In this document: positions 1 through 9,115 of the stretch, piece by piece | Position numbering within the stretch: position 1 is the stretch's first letter | Layout of the letters: each line of letters opens with the position of its first letter | DNA from: Clostridia bacterium | GTDB taxonomy: Bacteria; Bacillota; Clostridia; RGIG6154 | Direction of reading: 5' to 3' | Assembly: GCA_045660065.1 (NCBI GenBank) | Contig: JAZRDC010000026.1 | Span: 5,823-69,822, forward strand | DNA: 64,000 nucleotides | The notes under the pieces: generated by a model | What the model was told of the DNA's origin: nothing | The model's database searches: none | Seen by the model: only the letters and a program-made list of their open reading frames with translations | Position numbers and translations under genes: made by a program

Positions 1-863
1 TTGTACTTCATCGCAAACAAAATAAGGCGTAGATATAAAAATAATCGGCAAATCAGGGTGCTTTTCTCTTACAATTTTATACCCTCTTTCGTGGGTTTCT
101 TTTAAGTATTCCGGATTAGGTGCATTGTAATCGTAATCATAAACAAAAATGCTCATATCACGACTTGCAATATATTCCATAACTTCAGGTTCTGCTTTAG
201 CACTTCCTGAAAGCCCAAGATTAATATAGTCAACATTATTTCTTCTGTTGATAATTGCCTGATATGTATTTCCAGGTCTTGATGCACATCCCCCTTGAGT
301 AATCGATGAGCCGTAGTAAAGAATCGGTTTGATGTCAATATATTTTTTACCTTCTGAAACTGTTGCATCTTTCTGCAAACCAATATGAATACTTTCTAAC
401 ATTTCGTATGTCATCAGATTTAAAGTAAAGCTTCTTTCTTCGTTATTGCCAAAATGTTTTATACCTTCAAATTCCTGAACAACTGTATCTTCTTTTGGAA
501 TGTATCTTCCTGCAAAAGTACTGCTACCATCGTTACGGTCAATATACAAATCGCACGCCTGTCTGGTTGATGACATAAACGATGGTTCCCAGTGGAATTT
601 TACTTTGATTGCAACATATTTAGAATTTGTGGTAAATCTTACTCTGAAGCCTGTACTGCATTTACAACCCCAGAAAAGATGACTATATGTATCCATAATC
701 TTTTTGGGCATACGCCAAAAGCCTTCTCCTTCAAAAGAAGAAGGATCAGCACCATAGATTGCAAAAGGTTTTTGTTTTGCATCGTAGTATTTTAAATCTT
801 CAATACCAAGTGTAGATTCAATTTTAAAATTTTTATCAATATCTTCAAGTTTAATTTTCATAT
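1..863 (-). CDS. SGNH/GDSL-type hydrolase family protein, paralog copy 1 (C-terminal end lies outside the window)
   Basis: Manual minus-strand translation from the ATG at 863 gives MKIKLEDIDKNFKIESTLG…YYGSSITQGGCASRPGN…FVYDYDYNAPN… with no stop before the window edge. It is absent from the ORF track only because no stop falls inside the window. I estimate ~75–80% aa identity to the adjacent copy at 871..1971. Confidence 0.6.
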
Positions 864-870
864 CTTTCAC

Positions 871-1971
871 CTATAACCTTCTGCTTAATATAGTATCAAT
901 CTGATTTCCAATTATATCTGCCATTTTCATAAATCCTAAATCAGTAGGATGACAACCGTCTGCTACGCAGCAATCCCCTTCGTTTATGTTAAAGAACTGG
1001 GCACCGTCTATAAAATATACATTTTTATCGCCGCTTTCAACCGCATTAATGTATGTCTGCATTACAGTTGTTCTACGCTTTATGGCGCCTTCGTGCCATT
1101 GCCAATGTGCAGACATATTATTATCATAATCAGGTTTTGTTATGAAAATAATCGGCAGGTCAGGATTTTTTTCACGAACAATTTTATATCCTCTTTCGTG
1201 AGTTTCTTTTAAATATTCAACATTTGGTGCGTTATGATCATAATCATAAACAAAAATACTCATATCACGGTTTGCAATGTATTCCATAACCTCAGGTTCT
1301 GCTTTGGCTGAGCCTGAAAAACCAAGATTAATATAATCTATGTTATTTCTTCTGTTGATTATTGCCTGATATGCGTTGCCCGGTCTTGATGCGCATCCGC
1401 CTTGTGTAATTGATGAGCCATAATACAAAATCGGTTTAATATCAAGATACTTTCTTCCTTCTCCCAAAGTTGCATCTTCCTGAAGTCCGATTTTAATATC
1501 TCCGAGCATTTCGTAGTTCATAAGATTTACAGTAAGATATCGTTCCTCTCTGTTACCAAAGTGAATTACTGCTTCATATTCTTCATATACATCTTTAGGT
1601 GGTGTAAATCTTCCGGCAAATCGGCTTACGTTTTCAAAGTCAACATAAAGATCACAGCATCTGCATCTTGTTTCAAACACAGTTGGGTCTGAATAAATTT
1701 TCACTTTTACAGCAACATATTCTGAATCTGTTTTAAATCTTACTCTGAAACCTGCACTGCATTTACTGTGCCACAAAAGATGATTATACTGATCGCTTAT
1801 GTGTTTTGCCATACGCCAGTATTCTTCTCCTTCAAAAGTTGAAGGGTCTGCACCATATAATTTAAAAGGTGCTTTTCTTATATCGTGAAACTTAATATCG
1901 TCAAGCCCCAAGGTGGACTCCACTTTAAAATTCTTATCTACATCTTCAAGTTTAATACCCATCTCTATCAC
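871..1971 (-). CDS. SGNH/GDSL-type hydrolase family protein with an N-terminal beta-rich domain of about 170 aa; no signal peptide
   Basis: The 366-aa ORF has the nucleophile block YYGSSITQGG, a GNAYQ oxyanion-like block and a C-terminal DGCHPTDLGF (DxxH catalytic His), all typical of the SGNH hydrolase fold. The N-terminus MIEMGIKLED is not a secretion signal. Confidence 0.7.
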   Translation of the reverse strand: MIEMGIKLEDVDKNFKVESTLGLDDIKFHDIRKAPFKLYGADPSTFEGEEYWRMAKHISDQYNHLLWHSKCSAGFRVRFKTDSEYVAVKVKIYSDPTVFETRCRCCDLYVDFENVSRFAGRFTPPKDVYEEYEAVIHFGNREERYLTVNLMNYEMLGDIKIGLQEDATLGEGRKYLDIKPILYYGSSITQGGCASRPGNAYQAIINRRNNIDYINLGFSGSAKAEPEVMEYIANRDMSIFVYDYDHNAPNVEYLKETHERGYKIVREKNPDLPIIFITKPDYDNNMSAHWQWHEGAIKRRTTVMQTYINAVESGDKNVYFIDGAQFFNINEGDCCVADGCHPTDLGFMKMADIIGNQIDTILSRRL

Positions 1972-2065
1972 CTCAAAAGTAATTTAAATATTCACTTTAT
2001 ATAATACCATTTTTGAATATTTTTTTCAATAGAAACCTATAAATTTGCACATATTTATTTTAAAC

Positions 2066-2094
2066 TTGTTAAATATTTAAATCTATGTTATACT
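2066..2094 (+). promoter_or_regulatory. sigma-A type promoter for tmcAL (TTGTTA-N17-TATACT)
   Basis: The -35 TTGTTA is at 2066-2071, the spacer is 17 nt, and the -10 TATACT is at 2089-2094. It lies about 25 nt upstream of the tmcAL start in an AT-rich divergent intergenic region. Confidence 0.4.
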
Positions 2095-2119
2095 AAACAA
2101 AAAAACTTTGGAGAAGTTT

Positions 2120-3265
2120 ATGGATTTATTAGGAATAATAGCAGAATACAACCCATTTCACAATGGGCATAAGTATCATTTATTAAAATCAAAAGAAGAA
2201 TTATCTCCCGATGCAACTGTTGTTATAATGAGCGGAAATTTCACACAACGAGGCAGTTGTGCGTGTTTTGACAAATGGACACGCACAAAATGTGCATTAT
2301 TAAATGGTGCTGACCTTGTAGTTGAACTTCCTGTTACTTTTGCAACAGGCTCTGCCGAGCGATTTGCAATGGGAAGTGTTTATCTGCTTGATAAAATGGG
2401 GGTAAAAAACATTTCTTTCGGTTCAGAGTCGCCTTTATCAGAACTTGAGGCAATCGCAGAAAAACTTATTTCAGATGAATTTGAAATAAATAGTCCCTCT
2501 GAAGTCCCATTTCATATAGCACGGCAGAAAGCAGTTGATGATAACGAAATTCTTACAAAACCAAACAATATTTTGGCTATTGAGTACATTAAAGCACTGA
2601 AAAAATTAAACTCTCCAATTAAGACCGCTCGCATTGAAAGGCATCTTGCGGGCTATAATGATATGAATATAACTGACGGATTTGCTTCCGCAACAAAAGT
2701 TCGTGAACTTATTAAAAACTGTAGCAACTATTGTGATGTTATACCTGAAAATGTTTACGAAATACTTTCAAACTCAAAATTTACTGATGATGAAAGTCTT
2801 TTTGGCAGCATTAAATACTCGATTATTTCCAAAAATGCTGATGAACTAAGTGAGTTTGCTCATATACGTGAAGGAATAGAAAATAGAATATACAAATCAG
2901 TGTTTGAAGCAAGTTCATTAGATGAATTAATAAAAGAAATCAAATCAAAAAGATATACCTATACTTCAGTTTCAAGAATGCTTACCTCAATTCTTCTTGG
3001 AATTAAGAAGGATCACTTGCCCGAAAATCCTGAATATATCAGAGTTTTGGGGCTTAATGACAAAGGCGCACAAGCATTAAAACACATTAAAAACAACTGT
3101 GAATTGCCGATTATAACAAAAATTTCAACTTCTGTTGATAAATTATCGCAATCGGCATTAAAACAACTTGAAACTGACATCAAGGCAAGTGATATTTATT
3201 ATAGTTGTGCAAATATCAAGGCATCAGGTAAGCCTGATTTTGTTAATTCGCCAGTTAAACTTTAG
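2120..3265 (+). CDS. tmcAL: tRNA(Met) cytidine acetate ligase TmcAL (YlbM-type nucleotidyltransferase)
   Basis: The N-terminus MDLLGIIAEYNPFHNGHKYHL matches the YlbM/TmcAL signature EYNPFHNGH. The ORF track starts at a TTG at 2108, but the ATG at 2120 fits the family N-terminus. Confidence 0.85.
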   Translation: MDLLGIIAEYNPFHNGHKYHLLKSKEELSPDATVVIMSGNFTQRGSCACFDKWTRTKCALLNGADLVVELPVTFATGSAERFAMGSVYLLDKMGVKNISFGSESPLSELEAIAEKLISDEFEINSPSEVPFHIARQKAVDDNEILTKPNNILAIEYIKALKKLNSPIKTARIERHLAGYNDMNITDGFASATKVRELIKNCSNYCDVIPENVYEILSNSKFTDDESLFGSIKYSIISKNADELSEFAHIREGIENRIYKSVFEASSLDELIKEIKSKRYTYTSVSRMLTSILLGIKKDHLPENPEYIRVLGLNDKGAQALKHIKNNCELPIITKISTSVDKLSQSALKQLETDIKASDIYYSCANIKASGKPDFVNSPVKL

Positions 3266-3306
3266 AAAAAACCTCTTTATCAACTTGTGATAAAGAGGTT
3301 TTTATT
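3264..3306. terminator. Bidirectional rho-independent terminator between convergent tmcAL and the minus-strand glycan operon
   Basis: A perfect 12-bp stem ACCTCTTTATCA / TGATAAAGAGGT with a 5-nt loop sits at 3271-3299. It is flanked by an A-run (3264-3270) and a T-run (3300-3306). Confidence 0.6.
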
Positions 3307-3775
3307 ATTGTTCGTTCATTTCTGAAATATATGCTTCAAATTCGATATTTTTTGCTTTAAGTCTGGTGTTACTTCCTGCGCCTAAATTTTTCTTGCCGTT
3401 TAAGAAATAGCCTTCTTTTTCAACCACTGCTTTAGCGTTTACTTCAAGATAAGCGTCAAACTTACCCGGATTTACTGCTTTAACATAGGTACCGTCTGCC
3501 ATAACTTCATTTGTTTCGGCATTTATAATGGTTTTTGAAACGATTTCACCAATCTCAATACCGTCTTCATCATATAACTTTCCTGATTCAGGTAAGGCAT
3601 CTGCAGTTGACTGAATTATCTCTCCTACCTTTACAACATAAACAATGTCTGTCATTTCTCCGTTTTCACTTTTCAGAGCAGTTGAATTTGTAAATTTAAA
3701 AGCCACAAAAACTACAACTGCACATATAAAAAGAATTACAATCAAATCTATTATATTAAATCTCTTTTTCATCAT
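3305..3775 (-). CDS. Small N-terminally membrane-anchored protein (DUF4330-like), paralog B
   Basis: The 156-aa ORF has a basic N-terminus followed by one TM helix (IIDLIVILFICAVVVFVAF) and a beta-rich soluble domain. It overlaps the upstream paralog by 1 nt (ATGA). Confidence 0.5.
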   Translation of the reverse strand: MMKKRFNIIDLIVILFICAVVVFVAFKFTNSTALKSENGEMTDIVYVVKVGEIIQSTADALPESGKLYDEDGIEIGEIVSKTIINAETNEVMADGTYVKAVNPGKFDAYLEVNAKAVVEKEGYFLNGKKNLGAGSNTRLKAKNIEFEAYISEMNEQ

Positions 3776-4242
3776 TATTCTCCTTCACTTACAGTTGTTA
3801 CATTTCCATGTCCAACAAATCCAATGCTTTTAACATCTACTCTTTTGCCTACATAAATTTCGTACTCATTAACAAAGCAGGATAATTCATTACAGTTACC
3901 CACTGCATCAACTTTAACTGTTAAATCATAGCGTTCAGGAATATTAACATTTACATATTCCCCTGTCAATGTATTAAGTTCGTACTTTGTTGCATCTGTA
4001 TAGGATACATCTGAAATTGTGCCGATATTTATGATTTTTACTCCGTCAAAAAGGTCAGCACCATTTTGTACTGATTCTGCAACCTCAAGAGGAACTTCTC
4101 TGAAAAGAATTTCGTAAGAAAACTCTTGACCTGCTCCCGAAGATGAATTGTTACCTAAAATCAACCATCCTGCAACCGCTACAAGGATAACGGCCATTAC
4201 TATAACAAAATCCACGAAATTAAATTTAAGTTTCTTTTTCAT
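3775..4242 (-). CDS. Small N-terminally membrane-anchored protein (DUF4330-like), paralog A
   Basis: The 155-aa ORF has the same architecture (MKKKLKFNFVDFVIVMAVILVAVAGWLIL then a beta-rich domain). It sits immediately downstream of the GT4 gene with a 1-nt gap. Confidence 0.5.
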   Translation of the reverse strand: MKKKLKFNFVDFVIVMAVILVAVAGWLILGNNSSSGAGQEFSYEILFREVPLEVAESVQNGADLFDGVKIINIGTISDVSYTDATKYELNTLTGEYVNVNIPERYDLTVKVDAVGNCNELSCFVNEYEIYVGKRVDVKSIGFVGHGNVTTVSEGE

Positions 4243-4243
4243 A

Positions 4244-5362
4244 TTATTTTCTCCTTAATACTGACAAATAAATTTCTTCAATATTTCTTGCATTAATATC
4301 TGCAGTATATTTTTCTCTGTAAAGTTTTTCTGCACCCTCTGAAAGTTTTGTGTAGAGTGCCTTATCATCAAGCAATTTTCTCATTTTTGCTTCAAGTTCA
4401 GCACTGTTTTTACTTTCAAACATCAATCCGTTTACACCATTTATAACAAGTTCAGGATTTCCGCCGTAATCAGATGCTATAATCGGTTTACCAAGACTCA
4501 TACCTTCAAGAAGCGATAAACTTGTTGCCTCTGTACCAAAAGATGCATTAACATTAACGTCAATAATATTCATAACAGCAGTTACATCTTTTATATGACC
4601 TGTAACCAAAATGCTGTCAGACATATTTTCATCTTCAACTCTGCATTTCACATGTTCAAGATATCCGCCTGTACCGCAAATCATAAATTTAACATTATTA
4701 TAATCTTTAACAATATTTTTAGCGGCATCGATAAAGAAATCGTGGCCCTTAATATCCTCAACACGGGCAATCATTGCAAAAACAAACTCATCTTTAATTC
4801 CGTATGAATTTCTTACTTCTGTAATTTCTTCATCTGTAAATTTTCTTACAGGCTTTACCCCGTTTTTAATGACTTTGATTTTTTTCTCATTAACCCCTGC
4901 TTCTGTGAGATTATCACTTGCAGCACCTGCTACCGCAATAATTTTATCTGCGGTAATGTTGTTAGCAAATCCATTTATGAATTTACCTATTCCGTGAGTT
5001 ACTTTTGGTGAGTTCGGGAACACACTATGTCTTGTATAAACCACAGGAACTCCTGCAAGTCTTGCGGCAATTCTTGCTGAAAAACTTGCGTGAGTGTGCA
5101 CAACATCAGGTTTTTCTTTTTTGAAAATCTTCAGCAATTCACCAACTGCCTTATTTGAATAAGATCTGTTTTCAAGACCATCTGCCTCAATAATCACAGT
5201 GTTTGTTGCATCAATATTAGGTATAAGTTCGCTACCTCTTGGAACGACCACCGAAACATCAAATTTATCTCTGTCATAATGTTCCAAAAAAGCCAATATA
5301 CATCTTCCTGCGCCGCCGATATTGTGGTCGCTTGTAACATTGATAACTTTTATTTTTTTCAT
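4244..5362 (-). CDS. Glycosyltransferase family 4 (GT-B fold, GT4/RfaB-like)
   Basis: The 372-aa ORF has an N-terminal GT4 donor/acceptor domain (NIGGAGR, HTHASFSARIAARLAGVP) and a C-terminal Glycos_transf_1-like region (EGMSLGKPIIASDYGGNPELV). Confidence 0.8.
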   Translation of the reverse strand: MKKIKVINVTSDHNIGGAGRCILAFLEHYDRDKFDVSVVVPRGSELIPNIDATNTVIIEADGLENRSYSNKAVGELLKIFKKEKPDVVHTHASFSARIAARLAGVPVVYTRHSVFPNSPKVTHGIGKFINGFANNITADKIIAVAGAASDNLTEAGVNEKKIKVIKNGVKPVRKFTDEEITEVRNSYGIKDEFVFAMIARVEDIKGHDFFIDAAKNIVKDYNNVKFMICGTGGYLEHVKCRVEDENMSDSILVTGHIKDVTAVMNIIDVNVNASFGTEATSLSLLEGMSLGKPIIASDYGGNPELVINGVNGLMFESKNSAELEAKMRKLLDDKALYTKLSEGAEKLYREKYTADINARNIEEIYLSVLRRK

Positions 5363-7209
5363 ACTTTAGTCCTCCTTGAAACAATATCAACCACCGCACC
5401 TATTGCAATATATATCCAGAACAGTAAAAATACGCGATAATTATACCACACATTATCAAACATTCCCTGCAGTAAAAATCCACTCATTGCCGCCACTAAT
5501 CCCGATGAAATTAACTTCATATTTTTGTCGTCTGAATGTTTCATTACTGCAAAAAGTTTTTTGTAATATAATAAAATTATCAAAACAAACGCAATTGCAC
5601 CTACAATACCTGTTTCAGTAAGTATAACAAGATAAAGATTGTGCGGATGTGGGGCGGTAATTGCAGAGTAGGCATAGAAAGGATATACTGCATTAAATGC
5701 ATCTGTGCCCAATCCGATACCTGTTACCCAGAAATCTTTGAGCATATTGAGAGTTCCTTCCCAGATATAAACTCTGTATGATGTTGAACTGTCCGCTAAA
5801 TTTCCTACACTGGCAATTCTTGAAATAATGCTTTCAGGAAGGAAAAATACCGATACTGCACCTAATGCACAAAAGGCTAAAAACAGTTTTCGTTTGCTTA
5901 AGAACAAGAAAATAACTAAAGCAAAAACCAACCCAATCCAGCATCCTCTTGAATAAGTGAACACAAGAGAAATTAAAGAGCAAACGCCTGCAAACAAATG
6001 GATTGCTTTGAATTTATAGTCCTTTGTAATAAAAAAGCAAATTACAGATGTAAGAATTATTAAAATCAGATACTCGCCAAACACATTTGGATTTCCGAAA
6101 AATGAAACTACACGGCCTGAAATATCCTCAAACATTTCAGTATCTATCCAGGTATTCTGTTTATCAAATCCACTGAAATGCTGATAAATACCATAAAGTG
6201 AAACAGGAATTGAGAACAATGAAATACCATTTAATACATTAATAAGAATTTTTTTCTCTGCAAAAATTCTTATTAATGCGTATGTTACAAGCAAAAATGC
6301 AATATACACCAATGCTATTTTTATACTTGCATTTCTTGCATATGAAAACATTGCCGCAAGTGCAAATGCAATACCCATAAACAAAAGATACATATTAAGT
6401 AAGTAATTTTTGCTGAACAACTTATCGGTATACCCTAAAACGGATTTGATTGCTACACACAAAAACAATGCCAATCCGCCGCCAACCATTGCCATAGTAG
6501 GCATAAAAGGCAATACACAAACATACAAAAATGCTACTTGTGAAGTAAAATTAAATCCTATTGCTACAACTGCAAATAATAAGACTACAGCTAAAATCGG
6601 TAAGATGCCGAATATTAAAGATAATACTCCTAAAGCGACACCTGTAAACAAAAAGGTTTTTGCGTTATAAGCACCCTTTAATTCATCACTTTTTGATGTT
6701 ACAAATTTTCCAAAAACAAATGAATTTGAAAACAGTTCTGCTATGCTTTTGTTAAATATTATCAAAAATAAGCCTAAAATTACAATCAACGCGCAAAGTA
6801 TCAATGCGGTGTTTTTGGCATTCATTGCAAAACTTGCAATCAGGGCTACAATCCCCCAAGACAGTAAAAGTATTCCGGGATATTTAAGCGGAACTAACAA
6901 AAATTCATTACACCAATTTGCTGTAAATGAAATAATCTTACTGTTTTTCACAGAAGATGAAAACCATAAAAAGCATCTTCTGAAAAGTGCAGCAATTGCT
7001 GAAAATAGTTTTCCGTACCTTGCTCCGTACACTTCATCTGCATTACCATCAGAAGAAGCAACATTAACAAGCAAACTTTTTTCAGCACTTTTATTAAACT
7101 TACAGTTACATTTGCTTAAAAAGTTCCATAAAAAACTTTTTTTCAAGGTTGCCATAAATAAACTGTAAATTTTAATAATAATATTTACAAAAAAAGATTC
7201 TCTTAACAC
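5359..7209 (-). CDS. O-antigen ligase / Wzy_C family polytopic membrane protein (WaaL/Wzy-like)
   Basis: The 616-aa ORF has many TM helices. It carries the Wzy_C hallmarks YTYSRGCWIGL, a GIGLGT loop and the PHPHNLYL histidine motif. It overlaps the GT4 gene by 4 nt. Confidence 0.7.
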   Translation of the reverse strand: MLRESFFVNIIIKIYSLFMATLKKSFLWNFLSKCNCKFNKSAEKSLLVNVASSDGNADEVYGARYGKLFSAIAALFRRCFLWFSSSVKNSKIISFTANWCNEFLLVPLKYPGILLLSWGIVALIASFAMNAKNTALILCALIVILGLFLIIFNKSIAELFSNSFVFGKFVTSKSDELKGAYNAKTFLFTGVALGVLSLIFGILPILAVVLLFAVVAIGFNFTSQVAFLYVCVLPFMPTMAMVGGGLALFLCVAIKSVLGYTDKLFSKNYLLNMYLLFMGIAFALAAMFSYARNASIKIALVYIAFLLVTYALIRIFAEKKILINVLNGISLFSIPVSLYGIYQHFSGFDKQNTWIDTEMFEDISGRVVSFFGNPNVFGEYLILIILTSVICFFITKDYKFKAIHLFAGVCSLISLVFTYSRGCWIGLVFALVIFLFLSKRKLFLAFCALGAVSVFFLPESIISRIASVGNLADSSTSYRVYIWEGTLNMLKDFWVTGIGLGTDAFNAVYPFYAYSAITAPHPHNLYLVILTETGIVGAIAFVLIILLYYKKLFAVMKHSDDKNMKLISSGLVAAMSGFLLQGMFDNVWYNYRVFLLFWIYIAIGAVVDIVSRRTKV

Positions 7210-7212
7210 ACC

Positions 7213-8742
7213 CTACACCTTTCTTTTAATCAGATTTTTAATTTCTTCTGTACGAAGTACAATGAGAAAAATAATGTAAACTACGAGTAAAAGTCCTGCA
7301 CAAGCACCAAGAAGTAAAAATTTGCCGACCAAACCTGTAAAATAGCCTGAACACAAACTGAAAATCACTTTTGAAATTACAGAAGCCACACATCCCGCTA
7401 AAATGGTTTTTATGAAGGTTTTACCCAAAGAAGAAAATGCAACTTCTTTGAGATTTTTCTTTAAAAGTCTTAAAAGATTTGCTGCACTTACTGTTGCCGC
7501 TATTGCCGCTGCGAAAGCAAGTCCGCCTACACCGAATGATTTATACAAAGTAAAACTGAAAATCACATTCACGGCTATGGTAAGAAAAGCGTTTTTCATT
7601 GGTACAACAGAATTTTGCATAGAATAAAAACTTTTATTCAAAATCTCCTGCAATCCATAACCAAGCATTCCAAAACTGTAAAAATACAGTGCAGTTGAAG
7701 TCATAGCAACTGATTTTTCATCAAATGCACCTCGCATATACACAACTTCTACAATCTGATATGAATATGCCAAAAATACCATCATTACAGGTATAATAAA
7801 AATAATACCTGATTTTAATGCAGACTCTATAACCTCTGCACTTTTTTTACGGTTATTATCCGCAAAAAGGCGTGAAAGTTCAGGCAAAATCAAATTTGTA
7901 ACAGACATTGTAAACACGCCGACTATTATGATATACAGTTTATTTGCGTAATTTATATAACTCACTGCATTTCCGCCATCTATAAAAGATGCAAGATATG
8001 TGTTTATCATTACGTTAAGCGGTTGTGCCCACGAACTTAATAAAATGGGCAAAGCAAGTCTGTATACCTTTTTCATCCCGGGATGTAAAAAGTTAAATGC
8101 TAAACCAAATTTGTATTTAAATTTAAAAAGTGCAGGCAATAAAATCAACAGTTGCATCGCCCAACCTATAAGCATTGCTGCAGCAAGTCCGAAAATACCT
8201 GCAAATTTATTCAAAAACACAAAATATAATATTGCAGTTAGATTCGAGGCTATACTCATTGCCGCGGGGATTTTAAATTCTCCGTATGATTGTACTATAC
8301 CTGCATATGAATAAGCAACTGCAGTAAAAAGAAGTGATGGAAACATTATCACAAGTAATTTTGATGCAAGTGAAGTGGTAGTTTCATCAAATCCCGTTGC
8401 AAGTAAAGATACGATGCTTTTAGAAAAAATCACACCAAACAATACCATAGCAACAGAAATAATCAAAACAATGCCAACAAAATTACCTGCAAATTCGTCA
8501 GCCGTCTCTTTACCTTTTTTCTGAAGATATTCATTGAAAACAGGAACAAATGCTGAAACTATAGCAAGTCCCAACACCATATCAAAAAAATTTAAGGGTA
8601 TCTGGGATGCAACTAAAAATGCTGACGCATCATTACCTGTACCATAGTATCCCGCAAGCATAATTTCTCTTAGTTGACCTAAAAGTTTTGCCGCCATCAT
8701 TATGACGAACATACCCGATACCGTCTTTAAAGCTTTATTCAT
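7213..8742 (-). CDS. murJ: Lipid II flippase MurJ (MviN)
   Basis: The 509-aa ORF has about 14 TM helices and an N-terminus GQLREIMLAGYYGTGNDASAFLVASQIPLNFFDMVLG characteristic of MurJ/MviN. Confidence 0.85.
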   Translation of the reverse strand: MNKALKTVSGMFVIMMAAKLLGQLREIMLAGYYGTGNDASAFLVASQIPLNFFDMVLGLAIVSAFVPVFNEYLQKKGKETADEFAGNFVGIVLIISVAMVLFGVIFSKSIVSLLATGFDETTTSLASKLLVIMFPSLLFTAVAYSYAGIVQSYGEFKIPAAMSIASNLTAILYFVFLNKFAGIFGLAAAMLIGWAMQLLILLPALFKFKYKFGLAFNFLHPGMKKVYRLALPILLSSWAQPLNVMINTYLASFIDGGNAVSYINYANKLYIIIVGVFTMSVTNLILPELSRLFADNNRKKSAEVIESALKSGIIFIIPVMMVFLAYSYQIVEVVYMRGAFDEKSVAMTSTALYFYSFGMLGYGLQEILNKSFYSMQNSVVPMKNAFLTIAVNVIFSFTLYKSFGVGGLAFAAAIAATVSAANLLRLLKKNLKEVAFSSLGKTFIKTILAGCVASVISKVIFSLCSGYFTGLVGKFLLLGACAGLLLVVYIIFLIVLRTEEIKNLIKRKV

Positions 8743-8751
8743 AAAAAAATA

Positions 8752-9003
8752 TTATTCTCCGTCAATATAGAACTTTACAATTTCTTCTAAAAGTTCATCA
8801 CGCTCAAGTTTGGTGATAATCGCTCTTGCGTTAAGATGACCTGTTATATATGATGGGTCTCCTGATAAAAAGTACCCTACTATCTGATTTATTGGATTAT
8901 ACCCTTTTTCTTTCAGTGCATCATAGACAGAATTCATTATCTCTCTTGCACGATCTTTAGTATCTTTTGTAACCTTAAATCTTACTGTTTCATTTGGATT
9001 CAT
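8752..9003 (-). CDS. ireB: IreB family regulatory phosphoprotein (UPF0297)
   Basis: The protein matches IreB/YrzL through [11 protein letters not shown]…[51 protein letters not shown] chose the internal ATG at 9003 with RBS GGGGAGGAG, because the longer ORF start at 9066 lies inside the promoter. Confidence 0.8.
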   Translation of the reverse strand: MNPNETVRFKVTKDTKDRAREIMNSVYDALKEKGYNPINQIVGYFLSGDPSYITGHLNARAIITKLERDELLEEIVKFYIDGE

Positions 9004-9037
9004 TTTATATACTCCTCCCCATACTATTATATATAAA

Positions 9038-9066
9038 ATTATAGCATATTTCAAAGCACAATTCAA
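9038..9066 (-). promoter_or_regulatory. sigma-A promoter for the ireB-murJ-ligase-GT4-DUF4330 operon (TTGAAT-N17-TATAAT)
   Basis: On the minus strand, TTGAAT is the reverse complement of 9061-9066, the spacer is 17 nt, and TATAAT is the reverse complement of 9038-9043. The ireB RBS and ATG follow. Confidence 0.5.
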
Positions 9067-9073
9067 GCATAAA

Positions 9074-9109
9074 GCAAAAAATAAATATCCACAAAATGGA
9101 TATTTATTT
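9074..9109 (-). terminator. Rho-independent terminator after the Gfo/Idh/MocA oxidoreductase gene
   Basis: A perfect 13-bp stem AAATAAATATCCA / TGGATATTTATTT with a 5-nt loop sits at 9079-9109. Reading the minus strand it is followed by TTTTTGC (reverse complement of the A-run at 9074-9078). The stem is AT-rich. Confidence 0.45.
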
Positions 9110-9115
9110 TAAAAA

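Noticed and set aside
1-863. Considered that copy 1 of the SGNH hydrolase is a pseudogene, because it is missing from the ORF track
   Set aside because: Manual translation of the minus strand from the ATG at 863 reads through to position 1 with no stop. It is simply truncated by the window boundary.
3305-4242. Considered that the two 155/156-aa ORFs are a single frameshifted gene
   Set aside because: Each has its own basic N-terminus plus TM anchor and an independent start. The ATGA overlap is typical translational coupling of paralogs.
9004-9066. Longer 104-aa start for ireB (ORF track 8752..9066)
   Set aside because: The extension is hydrophobic and non-conserved ([21 protein letters not shown]), and it overlaps the consensus promoter. 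The ATG at 9003 has a GGGGAGGAG RBS.
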